A DNA stretch of 64,000 bases from the human T2T-CHM13v2.0 reference genome, Homo sapiens: the NCBI RefSeq assembly GCF_009914755.1, contig NC_060930.1; one strand, 5' to 3'. The notes under the pieces were generated by a model, which saw only the letters and a list, made by a program, of their open reading frames with translations, did no database searches and was not told the DNA's origin. Of the stretch, positions 54,801 through 64,000 are shown piece by piece. A program made the position numbers and the translations under genes. Position 1 is the first letter of the stretch. Each line of letters opens with the position of its first letter.

Positions 54801-55392
54801 CTGCCCTGTAGACACTGCTCTCTGTATGATGCCACTGTGGGATGCTGCCTCTATATTGCTGCTGTCTTGAGTTTTAAGATGTTGTGAGCTGATCCAGCGC
54901 CCTCTGATTAGTTTCAAGGAACAGAGGCCTGAGGAAAAGGGCAGTACTAGCTTTTGCTCATTCCTTAAAACTGGGCTCCCCTTAAGTTTCCTGTTGTCAT
55001 TCAGTTCATTGGTGATTTGGCTGGAGTTCTGATTTCCAAATCAAATGTGCTAAAAAATTTTTTTTAATCTTCTGGTTCTTCTATATTCACTTAGAAGTCT
55101 CTGAATAAGTTTGCAATATGGCACATGTATGAGGCAGATGAGTTCATTAAAAGATTATGTGTTTAAAGAAATAACAAGCAACAGGCAAAAGCCAGTCACA
55201 TCAGCTTCATAACCACCAGGCATTTATCAGTGATAGTCATCCAATCTTACCGCTTATTGCTAATTTTCCATGAACGGAAAATTATCAAATAAGAAGGCAT
55301 TTATAGGACAGGCTTTGTTCCTGCACACATCTTCAGTCTCCTTTGATTTGATCCATTTCCTTATACCATACAATGCTTTTTTTGCTAATCTA

Positions 55393-55808
55393 TATTATAG
55401 TTTGGATGTTGCCCCTCTAAATTTCATGTTGAATTTTGATTCCCAGTGTTGGAGGTGAGGCCTAGTGGGAGGTGATTAGATCATGGGGGCAGATTTCTCA
55501 TGAATGGTTTAGGACCGTCCCATTGGTGCTGTTCTCATGAGAGTGAATGAGTTCTCATGAGATCTGGCCATTTAAAAGTGTGTGGCACACCCCGGCCTTG
55601 CTCCCTCTCTCCTCTCATGTCATGCCTGCTCCTTCCTCCCCCTCTCCCAAGAGCAAAACTTCCTGAGGCCTCCCCAGAAGCCGAGCAGATGTGCTTGCCC
55701 TGCTTCCTGTAGAAGCCTGCAGAACTGTGAGCCAATCAAACCTCTTTTCTTTATAAATTACCCGGCCTCGGGTATTTCCTTACAGCAATGTGAGAATAGC
55801 CTAATGTA
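55393..55808 (+). mobile_element. MSTB-like solo LTR
   Basis: TATAGTTTGGATGTTGCCCCTCTAAATTTCATGTTGAA...AAACCTCTTTTCTTTATAAATTACCCGGCCTCGGGTATTTCC. Confidence 0.9.
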
Positions 55809-58775
55809 ATCAGTATATAAATATCTTTACTATTTCAAAGTAAGTTTTGAGAAGCTATTAGCTCTTGCAATAATTTGATGGTCACTAGCTTGCTGAGATT
55901 TTTACTTTTATAAACAAAAGCTAAATTTAAAAAAAAGTATCCTGGTAAAACTCTTATGCCTTCATTTTTAACACTTTCAGCAAGGTGTGCATAGGTAAGA
56001 AACTGAAAAACACATACAGATACCAAACAAGATTATGTAACATGAAAATGCTTCCCTTGTGTGAAACAAGAAGTCACAGGCAACTTTCTCTACTGCAAAT
56101 TTGATCAACTAAAGCCCAGGAAAATGCTCAGGGGCTCCAGATTCGTGGCCACGTATTTTCCTATTTGCAGTTCCAGATTGTTAATCCTTTTCCTGTTCCT
56201 GAAGCTGGTAAACCCACTGCCCTGCTTCCGGCCACCTGGCCCTCCCACTGCTTTCTCAGAACTGCCTGCTTCCTAACTGAGTGTAGAACAGCATTACTCC
56301 GGGTTGAATTAATAGTGGCTTTTACTTTTTAAATAATAGGTTGGATTAATCATCATTTTTAGGCCGCAGAATGCTTTCCTCCACAGAAGAAGCTTGTGAA
56401 CAATATGTAAACATCTCTCTGGTTCCCCAGCCTGTAGCCTTCCAAGTTTTCTTGTCATAACTAATATTGTTTCTCTTCAGAGTAATTTACCCAAGAAGAA
56501 ACCAGCAATCTGCCTTTAGTTCAACCTTCGTTGGTTTCCAACTAAAAACAAAAGAAGAAGAATCCAACATTTGGCAATGGCCCAGTCAACTGCCTCCCTT
56601 GCCAGGAGGGTTTTCAACCAGTGCTGCTGCTCTCTGAGGGCCTAGAGATTGGGATTTTGAGCCACAAACCCTGTTTCCACTTTGTCCTTGGCTTCCTTCC
56701 TGGTCCTGAAATGAGTATGTTTAGTGAGAGACCTGCAGATCATGGAAGATTATTTTTTTCTCCCCTTCAAGCAAAGGAAAGCGCAAAGCCCAGGTTTATC
56801 AAAAAGGCAATTTCCAGCAGTACTTTAATTAAGTGTTAACCTTTCTGTGAAGAATTATAAATTGCATTAGAACATAAACGTCAGCTGACGACATTTAAGA
56901 CCTGAGCTGAACTTATGTAACGTTTCCAATAATAAGTATGTCTATTTAAGATGTCAGTTAAAAGTTCAAAACCTTGATTTGTGGGCGCCATCAATGAGAT
57001 TGGGTAGAGCCCACACATTGGGGTCTACAGGGAGAATTTCCAGAAAGGTGACAGATTTGGACCAGAATTGAAGCTTACTTTTGATCTGAAAATCAGTTTT
57101 CTTTCCATTCTTCTGGGCCTCCCAGGTGCCTGGGAAAATCTTAATAATACTGCACACATATACAAGTCAGGCTCAGTCAATTTCACAGTCAAGGTCTATA
57201 ATGCTCTTTTCCCTTCTTAACAAGCCGATGGCCCCTGATTGACATCCCTTCACCCGGGAGTGATGATATTGCTGGTTCTAATCTCCCAAATTCCTTTCAA
57301 TGTGCTTACCAGCAGGAAATGGCTTTCTCTTCCGTCTGGCTGACGGATGTCATGAACTACACATTACTTTGTCAGCCCTGAAGTCAGGGCATCGATAACT
57401 TCCACGGGGACAAAGTTGATAATAATCTCTTGGTATACAATTGTCTTTTAGAAAATTAGATAAATGTGAAACTCTCCACATTGTCAGGAGCATCACTCAA
57501 GGCTCCCTCAACCCTGGTGACAGCCCACAACGGCAGGACACAGTGAGCGCCGGAAGACGTGTGTGTGTTTGCTTTCAGGCCTGAAGCTCTCCCAACCTGT
57601 CTCCCTCCTCTCCGTTCCAGGCAACAAACGTCACCCCACAAAGCGCCTTGGTGGCACCCTTCAACCCGAGCAGGCCTGGCTTTCAAGGCCTCTCTGAAAT
57701 CTCTGGACCTGAGGAATAAATCATTCATCTTGCCCTGGTAATATCTCTCTTTGACAGAGATTTCTGTGACAGAGCCTTGACATTCACCACGTTAATTTTT
57801 TCTTTAATCCATGGGTAGCAAGAACTAGGGAGGGGAGCGGGAAGCCCAGCTGACTCTGGAGTATAATTTCACGTTGTCGTCACAGCCCACATCAGAAATG
57901 ACTTTGACAAAGGAACTAGGTGGGTGTACGGCATCTCTGAACTGGCGGTTGCTGGAAGAGTTGCTCTGGTCCAGCAGGCTCAGGCAGGGTCGTGTCCTTG
58001 CTGGTCACGAGAGAGGCCTGGTCTTCTAAATGTTCACCCAGTGGCCTCTTCCAGTTACTTTTAATTATCCAGGGAAGATTCTCTTTCCCCTGAGTCAAAA
58101 TTCACTCTCTGTCTTGCTGTAGTTGACATCATTTTCTTATGAGTGGCTTTTCCTTTCCCCTGCCCTCCATCAGTCTCTGCTGAGGCTTAGACTAGGTCTG
58201 CTGGGAAAGGAGCCCCTGGGTCTGTCCCATTTCCCACCTCTACCCACTCAAGTGCTCAGGAAGCACTTCAGTGACATGGCTCCGTGTGTTTGAGTAGTAT
58301 ACTGATCATTCAGATACCAGCCTGCCATTTGGGAATTCATATTTAAATCTTAAACTGAGATTTAAGAGTTTGTGAGTTTACAAAGATACAGGAGTAGACA
58401 CTGCGAAGCTTTGCAACAGTTCTCCATTTCACACTCAAGAGAAGCAAACGTCCCCAGGATAGTCCTCCAGGCCTGCCCCACCACACACACACTACTATGG
58501 CACCTCCAAGCTTCTCTTTTTTCCCCTCCTCACCTACCTGGCTTCAGCCACGCCACAGCGCCTAAGGCCAGCTCCCACCTCAGGGCCTTTGCTCCGGCTG
58601 TTCCCTCTGCCCAGAATGCCCTTCTCCTAGGTGTCCACTGGGCTCACTCCTCCCCCTTTTCATGGAGGCCCAGCCTGACCACCGTCACACTGCACCCTCA
58701 CACCTCCCTAACCCTCACTGCTGGACCCCTTACCCTGCTCTGTGGGTTTTTTCTATGTAACCACTTTCTACATTC

Positions 58776-59320
58776 TGCAATGGGTGACTTTATGTGTCAG
58801 ATAGACTGGGCCATGGGGTGCCAAGATATTTGGTAAAACGTCATTCTTTGTGCATCTGTGAGGGTGTTTCTGATGAGATTGACATTGGGGTGGGTGGGCT
58901 GAAGAAAGCAGAATGTCCTCTCCAATGTAGGTGGGCCTCACCCGATCCAGTGGAGGCCCGAGTAGAACAAACAGAGGGGTACAAAACAACTTGTTCTCTC
59001 CACCTGTTTTTGAGCTGGGATATCAGTTTCCTCCCATATTTGGACTGGAACTTACACCATTGGCTCTTCTGGTTCTCAGGCCTTTGGACTCAAACTGGAA
59101 TTACACCACTAGCACCCTGGCTCTCCAGTTTGCACATAACAGATTGTGGGACTTCTCAGCCTCCATAATCACGCAAACTAATTCTCTACAATAACTCTCT
59201 TTAAATATATGTAAAATAATTTATCTCCTGGGCCTATCCAGAATGTATATACACACATTTCCAATATGATATACATATAGCCTATTGGTTCTGTTTCTCT
59301 AGGGAACCCTGACCAATACA
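58776..59320 (+). mobile_element. MLT2 (ERVL) solo LTR
   Basis: TGCAATGGGTGACTTTATGTGTCAG...TATTGGTTCTGTTTCTCTAGGGAACCCTGACCAATACA; near-TSD CATTC / CATAC. Confidence 0.9.
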
Positions 59321-59382
59321 CATACTCTATAATTTACTTAGTTATTGTGTTTATTCATAACCAATAATGTCTTCCTTAGTGA

Positions 59383-59739
<357 letters not shown>

Positions 59740-60399
59740 TAGAACAGTATGTAGGTGCTCGATAAATACGTGCTGACTGCCATGAACATGTACACATCAA
59801 ACCAGTGATGGGCTTCCCAGTCCTACAGAGGAGTTGGAGCTGCAGAGAACCCTCACTGCACTGTGTGCTGGGCTGAAGGGAGCAGTCAGCCACATGGAGC
59901 ACGAGAGCACCGGGCAGCGTCTCTGGAGAGCCTGGACTTCCAAAAGGCTCATCTCCCTCCCCGCCATCTCAAACATTGTGTTGTCTCTCAGCTCATCACA
60001 CCTCTGTGGTTTCCCATAACATCTTCCGGCTTCACTTACAGGCTCCAAACAATGTCTGTCAGACTGAGCCTCCTAAATACAAATCAAATCATACACTCCA
60101 CACATTCACGGAGCGCCTACTGTGCCAGGAATGCTCTAGGAGCTAGGGATACAATGAACAAAGGAGACTTTGTTCATACAAATGCTAGGAGCTAGGATAG
60201 CAATGAACAAAGCAGACAAAACTCCCTGCCCAGAGAGGCTTACAGTCTAGATGGCACGGCAGAAAATAAGCAAGATAAATAAGACACCCACTGTTCAGGG
60301 TGTGCTGAGGAGAGACTTCCTCGCTTGCTGAAAACCCCTCCTGTCTCTGGGATAAAACAAGCCCCTACATCCAGGTGCAGACAGCTCTTTCCTGTCTCT

Positions 60400-60830
60400 C
60401 CTCCAGCTCGTGGCTTGCCACATGCACTACACCTTCCAGGCAGCATGGACTTGTTGCAGGTCCCCAACTGGGCCTTGTTCTCTTCCACATCTGTGCCTTT
60501 GCACGTGAGGTTCCTTGTGTCCGGAGTGCCCTTCTCCCTTCCCTCTACCGTCTTTGCCAGTTTAACTTGCACTCAATACCTAGCTTAAGTACCATATCTT
60601 CTAGTAGCCTTTCCCTGTCACCCCCATCCTACCACCTCACCTCTATTTCAATCAGGGCACCCCCGTTTCGTCCTTTTCCATATCACTGTGCACACCTCTG
60701 TCCCACTGCTTTCCCCACCAGCTTGTAACTGTCTGTTTCCCCATTGTCTGGGGAGATCTTTGACCTTTATAGCTCCTGGGTCTCTGACTCATTGTAGGCA
60801 ATCCAATATTTGCTAAATAATTTAATGGAT
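60400..60830 (+). mobile_element. L2 3' fragment
   Basis: CTGTGCCTTTGCACGTGAGGTTCCTTGTG...AATATTTGCTAAAT followed by GAAT/GGAT tail. Confidence 0.6.
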
Positions 60831-60972
60831 GAATGAAGAATGGATGGATGAATGCAAAAAGGATGGAAGAAAAGACAGGGTTGGATGAATAAAAGGATTG
60901 ATGAATGGTAGGAAGGAAGGTGGAGGAAGGAAGGAAGGAAGGGAGGGAGGGAGGGAGGGAGGGAGGGAGGGA
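60826..60972 (+). repeat. Compound GGAT/GGAA/GGAG simple repeat
   Basis: Direct reading. Confidence 0.9.
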
Positions 60973-61404
60973 CGAAGTTACCATCTTCACAGCCTCTGTG
61001 GCTCCAGCTCAAGGTCTTTTCTCAGGTTCCTGACCCTGCCTGTGTTGCTCAGTCCAGCCCTTCTCAATGTTCAGTATAGAAAACACAGCCTTGAACCTCC
61101 ACTCCCATGCCTCCCGTGGCCCTCAGCCTCCTGTTCTTCCCCTGGATGTCCCCTCTGAAGGCACCTCCTTTTCCTCCCCAGAGCCATGCTCCATCAGAAT
61201 CCCTTTAAATAGCCCCTTTGCCCAGCCCCCATGCTGCTAGAGCCCCCCAGAAGCATTCAGCCACCTCCCCAGATCCTCATATGCCGATTCTCCAGGAACT
61301 GGGTGCTTTTAGTGACTGCATGTAGCCCTTCCCGCAAGGTTCCCAGGGCTGTGCCTTTGCTCTCTCTCCTTTTCTTCCCTCCTAGGGTAGTGGCCCAGAC
61401 TATG

Positions 61405-61630
61405 TACTCTAGAGCCAGGCAGCCTGGATTTGAACCCAGCTGGATTACCCCCAACTGTGTAATCTTAAGCTGCTCACCCATCTCTCTGCCTCAACTCCCA
61501 CATCTGTAAAAGGGGGCAATAGTGGCACCCTCCTGATAGGGCCATGTGAGGACGAAGTGGGGTGATGCACGTAGAGTGCTCAGAGCAATGCCTCGTGCAC
61601 AGGAAGGGCTCTGCTGGTTTGCAATGATCA
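61405..61630 (+). mobile_element. MIR SINE
   Basis: CTCTAGAGCCAGGCAGCCTGGATTTGAACCCAGCT...TCTCTCTGCCTCAACTCCCACATCTGTAAAAGGGG. Confidence 0.75.
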
Positions 61631-62214
61631 TGATCCACCTCAACTTTTCACAAATGCACTTTTTACCTCTAAACCCACCCACTGGTGCCATTTTGGGCTT
61701 TATTTCTTACCAGCACACCTCTGCGTTTTCTGTTTCTTTTAGTTTAGGCAAAGCAGAGGGTTTCTGTGAGTTCACATAACTGGGAACAGAGAAGAAGCTA
61801 GAGGAGCCCAGCCAGGTCCCCTACCCCACCCCCGCCTTGCCTGCCTGTCAGATTGAGTCTCTTCCTCTGCAGCTGGGCTTTGTTCTGGAGCCTGGCCTGG
61901 CGTCTGATGCTACAATTACATCTTCACATCTTTGGTCCTGGGGACTGCCTGGAAATGGTCTGTTTTTTACCCTCCCCTCAGCTCTTTGAGGCAGCTCATT
62001 TCCCAGCTAAAAAAACTCACAGCAACTAGGGAACAGCCAGAGTGGGGTGGATTAGAAAGGTTACAGACATTTTTCAGCACGGTACTATTTGGTCCTTTTC
62101 ATTTGCATGCATGTATTACTGTGATTAAAAAAATTAAGTAACATAAAATGTTTCCTCTCAACTGGTAAACAGTTGAAAGACAACGTAACTGAAAAGCAGA
62201 GCCAGCCCAGGTTT

Positions 62215-63085
<871 letters not shown>

Positions 63086-63163
63086 AGCTCAACTTTTAAA
63101 AGTACCTGTTCGGGAGTTTCTCTTCATTTTAGTATAAGAATGAGGAAGCAAAGGGAGGACAGG

Positions 63164-63506
63164 GACTATGGTCTGAATGTTTGTGTCCCCTCAAATACTT
63201 ATGTTGAAACCTAATCACAATGTGATGGTATTAGGAGGTGAGGCCTTTTGGGAGGTGATTAGGAATGGGATTCAAGCCCTTATAAAATAGGTCCCCAAGA
63301 AAGCTCATTCACCCCTTCCTCCTTGTAAGGACACAGCAAAAATGCATCATCTATGAACCAGAAAGTAGGTCCTCATCAGACACTGAATCTGCCTATACCT
63401 TGATTTTGGACTTCTCACTTTCAGGACTGTGAGAAATAAGTACTTGTTGTTTATAAGCTGCCCAGCCTTTCATATTTGGTTATAGTAACCCAAATAGACA
63501 AAGACA
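63164..63506 (+). mobile_element. MLT1A0-like solo LTR
   Basis: CTATGGTCTGAATGTTTGTGTCCCCTCAAA...TGTGATGGTATTAGGAGGTG...GTTGTTTATAAGC...AAGACA. Confidence 0.88.
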
Positions 63507-63536
63507 CCATGGCCTCTGGGAAACAGGTTATCAGGC

Positions 63537-64000
63537 TGTATTAGTCCATTCTCACACTGCTATAAAGAACGATCTGAGACAGGGTAATTTATGAAGAAAA
63601 GAGGTTTACTTGACTCACAGCTCCACAGGCTGTACAGGAGACATGGCTGGGGAAGCATCAGAAAACTTGCTATCATGGCAGAAAGCAAAGGGGAAGCAAA
63701 TACGTCTTCACATGGTGGAAGGAGAGAGAGAGTGAGAAGGCGGAGGTGCTACACACTTTCAAACAACCAGACCTCTTGAGAACTCTATCACGAGAATAGC
63801 ACAGAGAAAATCCACCCCCATGATTCAATCATTTCCCACAAGGCCCAACCTCCAACATTGGGAATTACAATTCAACATGAGATTTGAGTAGGGACACAGA
63901 GCCAAACCATATCATTCCGTCCCTGGCCCCTTCACAACCTCCTGTCCTTCTCACACTTCAAAACACAATCATACCTTCTCAACAGTCCCCCAAAGTTTTA
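63537..64000 (-). mobile_element. THE1D/MSTA-like 3' LTR (63537-63914) plus internal sequence running off the window
   Basis: TGTATTAGTCCATTCTCACACTGCTATAAAGAAC...CAAACCATATCA then TTCCGTCCCTGGCCCC...GTCCTTCTCACACTTCAAAACACAATCAT. Confidence 0.9.

Noticed and set aside
54893-54912. CTCF-like core (CAGAGGGCGCTG on minus strand), also near 8560-8575
   Set aside because: The 5' half of the motif matches poorly; cannot be supported without ChIP data.

Overview
Primate (very likely human/great-ape) non-coding genomic DNA, about half of it recognisable interspersed repeats. I find no host protein-coding exon, tRNA/rRNA gene or CRISPR array, and I cannot name the locus. The only real protein homologies in the ORF track are LINE-1 proteins. 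The dominant element is a full-length, inactivated L1PA3-like LINE-1 on the minus strand (15643-21789). Its target-site duplication also encloses a ~117 bp 3' transduction with its own AATAAA and second poly(A) tail. The element retains the ~129 bp ZNF93-target segment of the 5'UTR and has an open, extended antisense ORF0. Other contents: a 5'-truncated L1PA4-like copy nested in an L1MB, six Alus, an old MaLR (MLT1) provirus with both LTRs, many solo LTRs, hAT MITEs (MER53, MER20, MER94, MER5) and MIR/L2 fossils. Two short local templated duplications (26464-26563 copied from 27861-27960; 38354-38443 copied from 37641-37732, with extra template switches) look like DNA-repair scars. Repeat-poor stretches near 30.6 kb, 52.8 kb and 56.9-58.0 kb are candidate cis-regulatory elements. 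I do not see evidence for a wholly new biological system. Repeat subfamily calls are from recalled consensus sequences, and boundaries of old repeats are approximate.
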